Positions 15,979 through 25,012 of a DNA stretch of 44,724 nt are shown piece by piece; position 1 is the stretch's first letter, and each line of letters opens with the position of its first letter. A program made the translations under genes and the position numbers. The notes beneath the pieces are model-generated. The model saw only the letters and a program-made list of their open reading frames with translations. It searched no databases and had not been told where the DNA came from. Source of the DNA: a virus (taxonomy: Duplodnaviria > Caudoviricetes). The stretch lies in the IMG/VR virus record IMGVR_UViG_3300005611_000056, positions 1 through 44,724 of that record; one strand, 5' to 3'.

Positions 15979-16435
15979 TCAATCCTATTTTGCTGGAAAA
16001 GTAATGGAAGCGTTCATCGTAGTAATTTGGAGGCTCCTTTGAAATCAAACTCTTTCTTGCAATCCAGAGACATCCTTCCCATGAGATAAAATCTCCCTTC
16101 CACATCAGCATTCCTTCGACATAAGGGCCTCGGTAGACTTTGGGGATCATCCCTCTTCTTTCCTTGAAGGAGCAGTTTTTTTGGTAATTGGTTTTGGGAA
16201 CTTCGTAGAGGGCAATAATGACAGGGTAGGCAGCATTTTCCAAGGCCCAACTGCGGATACAGTTTTCTCTGGTTAGCTCAAGGTGGAGGTGCGTATAACG
16301 GTGGGAGTCCTGTTGTTTCTCTCTGCAGAAGCGTTTCCAATGCCAGGAAAAGATTTCCTCTACATGAACAATTCCATGATACGAAGAGGCATAATATTCC
16401 TGGTCACTGTATGTCCTTGAAACAGATTCTTCCAT
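15968..16435 (-). CDS. hypothetical protein
   Basis: GGAG SD before ATG 16435; start uncertain. Confidence 0.55.
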   Translation of the reverse strand: MEESVSRTYSDQEYYASSYHGIVHVEEIFSWHWKRFCREKQQDSHRYTHLHLELTRENCIRSWALENAAYPVIIALYEVPKTNYQKNCSFKERRGMIPKVYRGPYVEGMLMWKGDFISWEGCLWIARKSLISKEPPNYYDERFHYFSSKIGLNEH

Positions 16436-16604
16436 TGTCCAATTGGCTCCATTCCTTTTTGTTTCTAAGCCTGGAATACAGGCATCCGCACCGATCACAG
16501 TGAGCATAGAGGCAATATCCGTCCGTATAGATCACAGGGTCATCCTCCTTGATACACTTACGGTGGTCTTCTAAGACCTCAGGCATTTTCGTCTCGGTTT
16601 CCAT
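16404..16604 (-). CDS. small Cys-rich hypothetical protein
   Basis: C...HCDRCG motif; overlaps neighbours. Confidence 0.55.
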   Translation of the reverse strand: METETKMPEVLEDHRKCIKEDDPVIYTDGYCLYAHCDRCGCLYSRLRNKKEWSQLDNGRICFKDIQ

Positions 16605-16797
16605 GAAGTAACTTCTCTATGTAGACTGCACCATCCAAAAGCTCTTCCTGCAGATGAAGCAACCAATCACGATACTTCAGATCATTGCGATCCATTGTGA
16701 CTCCGTATTTGCTTTTTCCCATTTCTGCTCGTTTGAGGAGCTTATCCGATACGCTTTGGTTGATACTGTCGGGGTTCTTCCAAGAAGGATTTTCCAT
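16579..16797 (-). CDS. small phage protein (KYG...W..H.QEELLD..Y), MazG/all-alpha NTP pyrophosphatase-like
   Basis: KYGVTMDRNDL...DWLLHLQEELLDGAVY. Confidence 0.65.
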   Translation of the reverse strand: MENPSWKNPDSINQSVSDKLLKRAEMGKSKYGVTMDRNDLKYRDWLLHLQEELLDGAVYIEKLLHGNRDENA

Positions 16798-16951
16798 TTA
16801 TTCCTACAAAGTGATTCTTCCCACCACATTCATAGAATGCAATAGGAGAGTCCTGAGAGATCACATGAGTTTGTCCACACAAAGAGCACTGCATCTGAAG
16901 GCCAATTCGCTTCAAGGAATAAGGAGGAGTCATAAGTCATCCCAATAGGAA

Positions 16952-17140
16952 TTACATTCTGATTTTTCCAAGCTTTTCTTTGATGCTCTTCTCTTCACGA
17001 ATCAAGCTATCCAAGGATTGTTCCAAGGTCAGTGTTTCGATTACAGAAGAGCAAGGGAGGGAGGACAACATCGCTGCTGTCCATTTTATTTCGGAGCGTA
17101 CTTTCTGAAGTCGTTTGGGGAGATCTTCAATGGAAGACAT
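16952..17140 (-). CDS. small coiled-coil hypothetical protein
   Basis: TAATG coupling to the exonuclease gene. Confidence 0.6.
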   Translation of the reverse strand: MSSIEDLPKRLQKVRSEIKWTAAMLSSLPCSSVIETLTLEQSLDSLIREEKSIKEKLGKIRM

Positions 17141-18063
17141 TACAAGGACTGCTTGAATCTTGTTTTACGAACTTTCTGTACAAGCCACGCAGGAGGACTC
17201 AGTGTGAGCAATTCTTCTTGATAAGGTCGTGGAGCAGGAGTTTTGTTCTTGATGGCTTCCTTGGCCTCTTCGATCCAATTCAGAAGATAACGGATGTTAT
17301 CCCGATACTGGATTCTACCAACGTCCAACCCTTCTTCTGGCAAAGAAACAACACGAACCCCATAAGGAGGCTTCTTCTCCACAAAGATGAAGCGAAACTC
17401 CCAATCCTCTTCTCCAAGAATCTCACGAATCCCATCTGTATAGATAGCTGCCTGTACATGGTATCTCAAGTCATTAGACCACAAATCTTTTTCAAGTTTG
17501 TCTGCAGAGGCATCCATTGTGGATTTCAGGTCAATAATCACTTTCTGTTCGTTGTTTCGGAAATCACTTCTTCCTTTCATCAGTGTTCCCAACTCCCGAT
17601 CATTCCACATCATTGTCTCTTCCACCTCACCAGCACTTGGACGAAGCATTTCTGCAGCAATAGGAGTGTTTTCCAAGGATTGCACCATCAAATGAATCAT
17701 CTCCCAATCTGCAACAGAAATAATCGTCTTCCTTGGGTTGTCGGCTTCAAACTGAGCATATTCCTTCTTTCCTGCAGAGGTTCTACGATCCACCTCCGGA
17801 GCACAGACATACTCATTGATGAACTTGTGAGGCTCCAACGCTAGACAGTGGAAGGCAGACCCTACTTTCATGGCAGGAGTTTCCTGAGGAACCGTTTCAA
17901 AGAAATGATCCACAGAACGATTGATTCGATCCAGAGAGGATTTGGAAAGTCCTACTCCCTTGAATGCCTTCTGTTCCTCAAGATCTAGAATTCCTCTGTG
18001 TTTCTCATACATCCATGAGAATCGGTCTACTCTTTTCTGTAATTCTTCTGTATTTACCAACAT
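17140..18063 (-). CDS. RecE/ExoVIII-like PD-(D/E)xK exonuclease (DUF3799-like)
   Basis: LSKSSL, GSAFH...LEP, DRRT..GK, KGRSD, IIDLKST, YHVQAAIY, VEKKPPY. Confidence 0.9.
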   Translation of the reverse strand: MLVNTEELQKRVDRFSWMYEKHRGILDLEEQKAFKGVGLSKSSLDRINRSVDHFFETVPQETPAMKVGSAFHCLALEPHKFINEYVCAPEVDRRTSAGKKEYAQFEADNPRKTIISVADWEMIHLMVQSLENTPIAAEMLRPSAGEVEETMMWNDRELGTLMKGRSDFRNNEQKVIIDLKSTMDASADKLEKDLWSNDLRYHVQAAIYTDGIREILGEEDWEFRFIFVEKKPPYGVRVVSLPEEGLDVGRIQYRDNIRYLLNWIEEAKEAIKNKTPAPRPYQEELLTLSPPAWLVQKVRKTRFKQSL

Positions 18064-18066
18064 CCA

Positions 18067-18420
18067 TTACTCCTTGAAAAGTCCATCTAGGTATTTGTGC
18101 ATGACCACACTTTGCAGATAGGAATCCCTGTCCTCATCATCTTCGGTAAAATTGTTTGGATCTCCTGTAATGACATTTACGGGCTTTAGAACCTGAATCT
18201 TTCCTCCCTTCTTCAGATAGGCTTCAACGGCCTTTTCCACTTCTTCTCTGGGGATTCCCTTGGTTTCCTTGTGAATAGAAATCTTTCGCATGTCTGCCTT
18301 GATTTGAGAGGTATGCACTTCCTTTACCGACTTCTTTTGAATGATCCCCATTTCTGTGAGTTTCTTGGTTAATTCTCGGTGTACCTTGTACCACGCAACT
18401 TTTTCTTCTCCTTCATACAT
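18067..18420 (-). CDS. hypothetical protein with EAYLKKGGKIQ motif
   Basis: Coupled to dnaB; motif resembles the SutA-type RNAP-binding segment. Confidence 0.6.
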   Translation of the reverse strand: MYEGEEKVAWYKVHRELTKKLTEMGIIQKKSVKEVHTSQIKADMRKISIHKETKGIPREEVEKAVEAYLKKGGKIQVLKPVNVITGDPNNFTEDDEDRDSYLQSVVMHKYLDGLFKE

Positions 18421-19759
18421 CGTTCATTCTCCATTCCAGATCAGCGAATTTGGTGCAGTCCTTGTCGAAAGCAACCTGAACCTTACCAGTGTTTGAAATT
18501 TTACCCTTCAGTACAGAGATCTCTGCAGTTCCCTTCTCATTGGAATCCAAGTTGTAGTAGTCATCCCGATAGATGGAAAGGACACGCCATGCGGCCTGTT
18601 CAATGTTTCCAGATTCTCTGAGGTCGGACAAGGAAGGTCGTTTGGATTCTCTGGACTCCACACCACGATTTAACTGGGACAGTGAGAGAATATTGATGTT
18701 CAGAACCTTTGCAGTGTAGGCCAACATATTGACAGCATACCCCAGTTGTTCATCTCGGTTCCCAAACTTCCCAGCAATCGAAATAAGCTGCAGATAATCA
18801 ATCACAACAAAGCGGACATTGTACTTACGGACACACCTCCGAATGATGGCAATCATCCGATTCAAGTCCTTGGTAATATCATCAATGAAGATACCAGCCT
18901 TCCCTTCAGAATTGGGGCCTCTCAAAATCTTGTGGGACAACTCAATCATGGACTCCCAATCCTCCTGTTCCAGGTCACCTTCAGAAATCTTCCGATAGGG
19001 AATCTTCGATTCAATGGAAATCATCTTGTCCATAACCTCTTCCTTCGACATCTCAATCGAAAAGAACAAGGCACTCACATTCTGTCGCAATGCAGAGTTC
19101 AGCAAAAATTGTGTCGCCAAACTTGTTTTCCCCATGCCAGGACGTGCAGCAAGAACATCAAAATGCTGGAATCTCAAACCACCACTCAATAGATTGTCCA
19201 GATCTTTCAGTCCGGTTGGGAGGATGTTGGAAGGGATCTTTCCCTGTTGTTTGTCATCAATGTATTGTGCTCTATCACGGAACAGATCGTCTGCACTGAA
19301 GATGGTTTGATCCACAGATTCTGCACGAATGTTCTCCATCTTCGTAACGGTCTCTGCAATCTTTGCCATTGGATCTTCTGCTTCTCCAATCTCTTTCTGT
19401 GCAAGTTGAAGCAACCGGAAGGACTCTCTCTTGGAAAACTCCCGAACCACCCGTTGAGCATAGAATTCTACAGAGGAAGGAGCAGGAGAGTTCCCTTGTA
19501 TTTCTTCAAGCATGTTCTCAGAGACATCTGCATTCGGGTACAAGTCCAATGTACGTTGCGAGACACTGAGCGGATCAAGAGGCTCATTCTTCTCATACAT
19601 CTTCTGCATTGCAGTGAAAATCTGCTGATTTGTAGAGTTAAAGAAGTCTTGTGGACTGAGGATTTCAATAACATTTTCGATTACCTCGTTGTTGAGCAAA
19701 ATACATCCAATTACTGCTTTTTCTGACTCAATGTCGGAAAATCCGTTAGAACTACTCAT
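18413..19759 (-). CDS. dnaB: replicative DNA helicase
   Basis: AARPGMGKT, FSIEM, VIDYLQL, LSQLNRGVESR..KRP.LSDLRESGNIEQ. Confidence 0.97.
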   Translation of the reverse strand: MSSSNGFSDIESEKAVIGCILLNNEVIENVIEILSPQDFFNSTNQQIFTAMQKMYEKNEPLDPLSVSQRTLDLYPNADVSENMLEEIQGNSPAPSSVEFYAQRVVREFSKRESFRLLQLAQKEIGEAEDPMAKIAETVTKMENIRAESVDQTIFSADDLFRDRAQYIDDKQQGKIPSNILPTGLKDLDNLLSGGLRFQHFDVLAARPGMGKTSLATQFLLNSALRQNVSALFFSIEMSKEEVMDKMISIESKIPYRKISEGDLEQEDWESMIELSHKILRGPNSEGKAGIFIDDITKDLNRMIAIIRRCVRKYNVRFVVIDYLQLISIAGKFGNRDEQLGYAVNMLAYTAKVLNINILSLSQLNRGVESRESKRPSLSDLRESGNIEQAAWRVLSIYRDDYYNLDSNEKGTAEISVLKGKISNTGKVQVAFDKDCTKFADLEWRMNDV

Positions 19760-20153
19760 AAATCACCTCTTCTTCCTGTTTGTTTACAATTTCCTTTGAT
19801 TTGCTAAGAATCGTTTTGTATGTCTCTTCTGGGAGGAGAATCTTTGCAACATCATGGAATGTACCCATTAGGGTGTGTCCTTTGATTACTCTCAGGTGGT
19901 TTGCAAGAATTTTTTTCTGATTTCTCTTTATTCCAATTTTGTAATTGACACGTTTGCACCAATCCAAATCTGGCTCAAATCCTTCTGACTCTGCATGTTT
20001 TAGGATCATCTCTCTGGAAAGTTCGCACTCTCCAAGGATGTATTCAATGTCACCAAGTAACCTCTCTTTTTGCTCTATGGTTAGATGTGAAAGTTCATGA
20101 ACACTTTTGAAATCAAAATCTGGCTGCTTTTCGATGGGATGTTTTGTAGGCAT
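19752..20153 (-). CDS. hypothetical protein
   Basis: AGGAG SD; coupled to dnaB. Confidence 0.7.
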   Translation of the reverse strand: MPTKHPIEKQPDFDFKSVHELSHLTIEQKERLLGDIEYILGECELSREMILKHAESEGFEPDLDWCKRVNYKIGIKRNQKKILANHLRVIKGHTLMGTFHDVAKILLPEETYKTILSKSKEIVNKQEEEVIYE

Positions 20154-20177
20154 TTCAACTCCTGTTGAATGGTGAGG

Positions 20178-20199
20178 TGCGTATGGCGAACCATACGCA
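20178..20199 (-). promoter_or_regulatory. 9-bp UUCG hairpin between genes (attenuator or stabiliser)
   Basis: TGCGTATGG-TTCG-CCATACGCA on -; no U tract. Confidence 0.5.
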
Positions 20200-20206
20200 T
20201 GAATAC

Positions 20207-20425
20207 TTATTTCTTTTCAACGCTGAGAATTATCTCATTTGCTGCTTTCAGAACTCTGTCAGAAAGAGTTTCATTAAGAATAAGAGACACTTGGGACTGA
20301 CTTGTCTTGAAACCTGAATTTCTCAGATATTCCACAATGTCCTGTTGCCGAATCCCATAGGAATTCAACTTCTTCTTCAATTCTGAAAAGTAACTATTCG
20401 ATTCTCTGTCAATAACATACCTCAT
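20207..20425 (-). CDS. Cro-like HTH protein
   Basis: GIRQQDIV...SQSQVSLILN. Confidence 0.7.
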   Translation of the reverse strand: MRYVIDRESNSYFSELKKKLNSYGIRQQDIVEYLRNSGFKTSQSQVSLILNETLSDRVLKAANEIILSVEKK

Positions 20426-21069
20426 AATTCCTCTGTCGCTCCAGTTGTTTGGTTCTTGTGAGAGTTGAGAAGGCCAGCGAGTAGCTTTCTGTCAGAAAGA
20501 GAATTGGTTTTGCGCATCAAATCGTCCCATTCCTTGCTCAACGCTTCTTCAAAATTCTCTGAGCCAACTCGGTTGATGAACTCCTCTGCAATTTTCTGTG
20601 GACTCAGTCCAGATTTCGTATTACCGGAAATATTTCCGGAAAGATTATTATTTGAAGAAGAACCGTGTGTTGCACTTTCTGCATCATCATCCTCTCCTCC
20701 ACAAATCCCAACAATCGCTTGAGCACAGTATCTCCGTGCATAGGTAATCGCAGAACCCATCTGTTGAGGATCTTTTTTGATTGCACTGATGTTGTAGGCC
20801 GACATCATCCACTGTCCAGAGGTGTGCTCCAAACGAGATATCAACTGATCCCCTGCAGGGAACTGAAGAAGGACAAGTCCTTGCTCATGAAGTTTTGAAT
20901 TGATGGAAGTAAGTGTCTTCTCCAAGGAAGCAAAACGGTTCTTGAAGTGTGGATTCTTTGCATCGTATGCAATGACATCTCCAATATTCTCTTTTGCTGC
21001 TATGAGGGCTGCAACCAATTCGTTGGTTTTCTCAGATGTTGAGAAATTTAAGATGGCTGATTCAGACAT
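20422..21069 (-). CDS. erf: ERF-family single-strand annealing recombinase
   Basis: KNPHFK.RFASL, HTSGQW, PQQMGSAITYARRY, EDDDA. Confidence 0.93.
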   Translation of the reverse strand: MSESAILNFSTSEKTNELVAALIAAKENIGDVIAYDAKNPHFKNRFASLEKTLTSINSKLHEQGLVLLQFPAGDQLISRLEHTSGQWMMSAYNISAIKKDPQQMGSAITYARRYCAQAIVGICGGEDDDAESATHGSSSNNNLSGNISGNTKSGLSPQKIAEEFINRVGSENFEEALSKEWDDLMRKTNSLSDRKLLAGLLNSHKNQTTGATEEL

Positions 21070-21122
21070 ATTCGCTCCTGCGATAAGGTTGAAAAGAGTA
21101 GCAATCGCTACTGTTGAGAACC

Positions 21123-21201
21123 ATTATAAATAAATGATTATAAATAAATCAAGAAATAAAATTATTTTTTGATTGACTCGGTTTTTGCGGGAGGCTATGC
21201 T
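21123..21201. promoter_or_regulatory. divergent promoter pair with a tandem 13-bp repeat
   Basis: Leftward TTGATT(21152-47)-N18-TATAAT(21128-23); rightward TTGACT(21173)-N17-TATGCT(21196); ATTATAAATAAAT at 21123 and 21137. Confidence 0.75.
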
Positions 21202-21207
21202 CAAGAA

Positions 21208-21458
21208 AAATTACTCTCTGCATTGAAAGAGAGGCTAAAGACATCAAATTTAATTTCTCGTCAGTGATATTACTGACATATCTATTGGACTCTTTGTTTT
21301 GCAGACAGTAAGGGAGCAGTAGGGGAGGTTGATGAGATGAAAGCGAACTTTAGCCTCTTTTTGGGTGCAGTCGGTAAATGCCGGAAATCTGTTGACCTCT
21401 AAAATCAAAGGCCAAAGCAATATGGATAAACGCTATCTCCTACGCTGCTGACTGCACC
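21208..21458 (+). ncRNA. candidate ~250-nt structured leader or ncRNA with two stem-closed domains
   Basis: AGAGGCTAAAG(21230-40)/CTTTAGCCTCT(21348-58); CATCAA/TTGATG; GTCAGTGATATTACTGAC hairpin; GGTGCAGTCGGTA(21364-76)/TGCTGACTGCACC(21446-58) with G-U pairs. Confidence 0.6.
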
Positions 21459-21902
21459 ATGAAAAGAAAAAAGGGAAGGCCCCGAAGAGGGCAAGAACAG
21501 ATGGAGACCTACCGCTTGAAAGAATTCCCAAAGGATTTTGATCTAGCAAATGTAGATGTCTGTGTCTGGAACAAATATGGAGATCACCCTGAGGATCGTG
21601 TCCGCTGGGAGAAACTTCATGTTTCCTTAGAAGGAGATATCTCTATTCCAAAGTCCTATGGCGCAAGGGTTGTGAAGCATTTCCAAAGGAAAGGATATGA
21701 GCCACAGGAACTGTGCAAGGATTGCGGTGTAGAATATCGTTATCACGGCTGGATTCCAGAGGAATCTGGGATGAAGATGGAAGGAGTAGACTTATCTGGA
21801 CACAAGGTGTGCCCTGGTGACTACATTCTGAGGAATGACCGAACCTATTGGCCTTGTAGACCAAAAACTTTTCACCAGCTTTATGAGAAGATCCATGATT
21901 GA
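21459..21902 (+). CDS. phage protein with VCPGDYI...YWPC.P..F...YE motif and basic GRP N-terminus
   Basis: Motif typical of small phage PGDWII-type proteins. Confidence 0.7.
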   Translation: MKRKKGRPRRGQEQMETYRLKEFPKDFDLANVDVCVWNKYGDHPEDRVRWEKLHVSLEGDISIPKSYGARVVKHFQRKGYEPQELCKDCGVEYRYHGWIPEESGMKMEGVDLSGHKVCPGDYILRNDRTYWPCRPKTFHQLYEKIHD

Positions 21903-22128
21903 AAACAATTACCGAACCCAAGTCCGAATGAATGATCACCAGAATATTCCTTTTACGGAAGAGGAGATTTACCTGATGATTGAAATGTTTGAACGAGTTG
22001 GAATCAAGAATGCAGAATCTGAGAAAGTCAGAGAAAAACTCCTGCGTGGTTATGAGAACCTTTGGAATGCAAAGGAAGTCAAAACACGGAGACACCCGTC
22101 CATTCTTTATGCAGAGTGTGGAATCTAA
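21895..22128 (+). CDS. hypothetical protein
   Basis: Overlap-coupled ORF. Confidence 0.6.
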   Translation: MIENNYRTQVRMNDHQNIPFTEEEIYLMIEMFERVGIKNAESEKVREKLLRGYENLWNAKEVKTRRHPSILYAECGI

Positions 22129-22265
22129 TGGAATTTGATTTTATCAGCAGCAAGATTCACAAGAAGGACAACACCTTCGATTGGCTTAGATTCTCTATTG
22201 GAGTGTTTGTCTACATCCCGATTGTTGTGACTGTTTTTAAATTTTGGATAGACCTCTTTTTCTGA
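22128..22265 (+). CDS. small membrane protein
   Basis: TAATG coupling; one hydrophobic helix. Confidence 0.55.
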   Translation: MEFDFISSKIHKKDNTFDWLRFSIGVFVYIPIVVTVFKFWIDLFF

Positions 22266-22273
22266 AAACCAAG

Positions 22274-22696
22274 ATGGCTGAATACACGAAGAAACCTTTC
22301 CTTGACTATGAGTCTGATCCTGTCTCTCCCACTGCAGCCAAACTGCTTTGCCCAACAGGAACGGTCAGTGAGCGTCTGGAAATGATCCGAGAGGAACGGA
22401 ACATGAGCAGGGCTGCATTTGCAAAAAGCATTGCACTGAGTCCTCAAGGATATCGGGCGATGATTATGGCAGATCGTGCAACAGGGCCTGTGGCTCTAGC
22501 AGTTGAATATAAGCACGGATTCTGCAAGGATTGGGTTCAGAAAGGCGAAGGGCCTATGAAAACAGACACTTGGGAGATGATCCGAGGAGAAGTAGAGGAC
22601 TCTATCCTGAGAGACTTGAATGTGTTTCTGCAACAGAAACTGAAGAGGACAAGACCGATGATTCTAGATAAGGACAACAATGCAAAAACAAGATGA
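22274..22696 (+). CDS. XRE-family HTH regulator
   Basis: ERLEMIREERNMSRAAFAKSIALS...DWVQKGEGPM. Confidence 0.85.
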   Translation: MAEYTKKPFLDYESDPVSPTAAKLLCPTGTVSERLEMIREERNMSRAAFAKSIALSPQGYRAMIMADRATGPVALAVEYKHGFCKDWVQKGEGPMKTDTWEMIRGEVEDSILRDLNVFLQQKLKRTRPMILDKDNNAKTR

Positions 22697-22898
22697 GCGT
22701 GTGAACAATGGCAGAAAGCCTGGGCAACTCAAGGGAGTGTCCTACAATGTTGTTCCCAAGAAGCAAATTTCGCTGAACATCCGTGAGGAGGATCTGGAAA
22801 GGATTGATGAGATGGCTGCTGAAAAAGGGACAACCCGATCCAGAATTGTCAGCCAGATCATAGAGGGTTATTTTTTGCCGAAGAGTACGAGTTCATGA
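22680..22898 (+). CDS. ribbon-helix-helix (CopG-like) protein
   Basis: KQISLNIREEDLERIDEMAAEKGTTRSRIV. Confidence 0.85.
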   Translation: MQKQDERVNNGRKPGQLKGVSYNVVPKKQISLNIREEDLERIDEMAAEKGTTRSRIVSQIIEGYFLPKSTSS

Positions 22899-23008
22899 GG
22901 GCAAGTAAACATCTGGAGTGGGCCTTGAATGTCATGGCATTTTCAGGGATCTGTGCTGTGTTGATTACTGGATTTCTTTTGGGATTCTTCTTCAAAAACT
23001 TCATGTGA
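22895..23008 (+). CDS. 37-aa membrane peptide (not in ORF track)
   Basis: ATGA overlap; MRASKHLEWALNVMAFSGICAVLITGFLLGFFFKNFM. Confidence 0.55.
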   Translation: MRASKHLEWALNVMAFSGICAVLITGFLLGFFFKNFM

Positions 23009-23017
23009 GCGTCAAGG

Positions 23018-23389
23018 ATGACTGAAGACACACTGATTATTTCCTACAGCAAGATCAGCAATGGTTGGAACTTTAAAATGGAAATGGAGTTTCTGGATTA
23101 CGAGTTACCGATCTTTTGTGAGAAGACAAAATACCCTTTGGATCAAGGATATCGTGGATATCACAATGCCTCCATGAATCGGAAACATTTCCCTTGGACA
23201 AGTGAAGAGAACAATCTGTTGATTGAATTGTCCAGAAATTACTCTCAGAATCCTCCGAAAGTCTGGAACATTGGGAAAAAGATGAAGAATAACAGAGAAA
23301 ATGAGTGGATTGTTCACCACTACCGGAAAAACAAGATAAGAGTTGTCTTTGTGGGAAAGGCAGAAGAAAATGTGTACTTTACAAAATGA
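23018..23389 (+). CDS. hypothetical protein
   Basis: 123-aa ORF; WTSEENNLLIEL is Myb-like. Confidence 0.55.
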   Translation: MTEDTLIISYSKISNGWNFKMEMEFLDYELPIFCEKTKYPLDQGYRGYHNASMNRKHFPWTSEENNLLIELSRNYSQNPPKVWNIGKKMKNNRENEWIVHHYRKNKIRVVFVGKAEENVYFTK

Positions 23390-23418
23390 TCTGCAGTGAG
23401 CCTTAACTAAAGAATTCT

Positions 23419-23796
23419 ATGGCCTTTCCAGCAGTAGGGAACAACAAGCAAGTTGTCATCAGAAATACAGCAAGAGAGTTTGTTTTCAAAATATTGAATA
23501 CCGATTCCAGTACCATTGCACTTGCAGATATGGCTTACCAAGGTGTTGCGCCAAGCGGAACACACTTACTAAAAGTTCTTTGGTCAAATGACACTAATGG
23601 AACTCATCACTTGGAACTGACAAGAGGAACCATTGGCTCAAGTCCCATCGAATTACTGGATTTACATGGGGTTGGATCATTTGATTTTGAAAGCATGGGT
23701 CTTGAGTTAACAGAAAGAAGTTCAGAAAACCTGAATATCGTATCATCAGGAAATGGGCATCATTTTACAGTCATTTGTTTTCTGAGAAAGTTTTAG
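23419..23796 (+). CDS. putative small beta-rich virion protein
   Basis: KVLWS...L.G.GSFDF..G...FTVICFLRK pattern recalled from phage structural proteins. Confidence 0.5.
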   Translation: MAFPAVGNNKQVVIRNTAREFVFKILNTDSSTIALADMAYQGVAPSGTHLLKVLWSNDTNGTHHLELTRGTIGSSPIELLDLHGVGSFDFESMGLELTERSSENLNIVSSGNGHHFTVICFLRKF

Positions 23797-24001
23797 GAAT
23801 TTCAGGATCAAGTCTACCTGCCGTAATGTTTTTCTGTGCTCGTACCTGAGAATTTCCAAATGTCCAACACTGTCCGGTGTCATCCAAAAATACAACCCAG
23901 TAGAGATCCTGTTCCAAAGAGTAGTCAATAACCAGATGAGCCTGTCCTGAACCTTTTGGAGTTTCCAAAGGCAATGGCGGGTTCAACTGGATCATCATCA
24001 T
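23771..24001 (-). CDS. conserved small phage protein (QLNPPLP..TPKG.G.A...IDY)
   Basis: ATGA overlap with the upstream gene. Confidence 0.65.
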   Translation of the reverse strand: MMMIQLNPPLPLETPKGSGQAHLVIDYSLEQDLYWVVFLDDTGQCWTFGNSQVRAQKNITAGRLDPEIPKTFSENK

Positions 24002-24744
24002 AATAAACTCCAATCTGCTACCTTTGCTCTCCTTCCTTCTACAATCGACTTCAATCGAAAAAGCTCATCGACTCCTTCCAGATCTGAATCCTGAAGACAC
24101 AGCTTTTCATAAAGTTTTTTGTCTGTAGACCAATGTGTTCCTGTCCAAAACTCAAATCCTGGGAATCTTGATTTCCAGATGCAGGTCTTTTCATAGCCTG
24201 GACAGACATAATGATACTCATATCCCTGAGAAAACAGATAATCCATCTCAAAGCGTTGACTCAGAATTCCTAGAGATAACTTAGGTTCATGATAAGACCA
24301 TGCAAACTGAAGAGAAACAGGGGCAGGGTACAAACGGATAATACTGAAGGCCACCAACTGGTCATAATCATAAATCTCAAGAATCACTTTGTCCTTTGGA
24401 TCAAGATCCAAGGAACTTTTAAAGTCCTCAGTTTTCTTGAACCCCTTGGCATCCAAGTACTTACTCCAGATTTCTTCCAAATCAGAAAGATCTGAAAAGA
24501 GTGGAGATCGGAAGGAAAATGAAATCCGTTCAGGATAATTGCGTCTCTTGGCCTCCTTCAATGCAGGAAGATGATATCGAACTTGACGGGCCTGAAACCA
24601 GTAAGGAGGTTCCCATTCATTGAGAAGCCATCCATTCTCCAAAGCCTCCTTGTATTCATTCGGACGGAAAGTTGCGGTTACCGGAGTATATTGCCAATCT
24701 GCATGAGTAATCCGTCCTGCCATGTGATCAAAGTAGAGCTTCAT
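23998..24744 (-). CDS. arginyl-tRNA-protein transferase (ATE1/Bpt)-like GNAT-fold aminoacyl transferase
   Basis: ALENGW N-terminal motif; YDYDQLVAFSII; PKLSLG...E......GYEYHYVCPGY....WKSRF resembles ATE_C. Confidence 0.7.
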   Translation of the reverse strand: MKLYFDHMAGRITHADWQYTPVTATFRPNEYKEALENGWLLNEWEPPYWFQARQVRYHLPALKEAKRRNYPERISFSFRSPLFSDLSDLEEIWSKYLDAKGFKKTEDFKSSLDLDPKDKVILEIYDYDQLVAFSIIRLYPAPVSLQFAWSYHEPKLSLGILSQRFEMDYLFSQGYEYHYVCPGYEKTCIWKSRFPGFEFWTGTHWSTDKKLYEKLCLQDSDLEGVDELFRLKSIVEGRRAKVADWSLL

Positions 24745-25010
24745 GAGTTCACCTCGATGTAACGCAGTTTCATCATCTCCAGAAGACCAACCATCCGCAT
24801 TGCATCCAGATCGGTGTTTAGCATGATCATCTCTTCATGACCTGCATCTGTTTCATCAACAAGAATCACACAAGCCTGTGTAATCTTCTGAAGATTTCCA
24901 TCAGACATCTCTAGGAGAATGCCTTCCAGCAATTCCTTTACAGAATCCTTCTTCTGATCCTCTTTCTTTTGATTGGAAGATACCAACTTCAGAACTTTTT
25001 CTTTTTCCAT
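24741..25010 (-). CDS. hypothetical protein
   Basis: Coupled ORF ending MVGLLEMMK. Confidence 0.7.
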   Translation of the reverse strand: MEKEKVLKLVSSNQKKEDQKKDSVKELLEGILLEMSDGNLQKITQACVILVDETDAGHEEMIMLNTDLDAMRMVGLLEMMKLRYIEVNS

Positions 25011-25012
25011 AG

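Noticed and set aside
17032-17844. 270-aa + strand ORF
   Set aside because: Antisense shadow of the RecE-like exonuclease.
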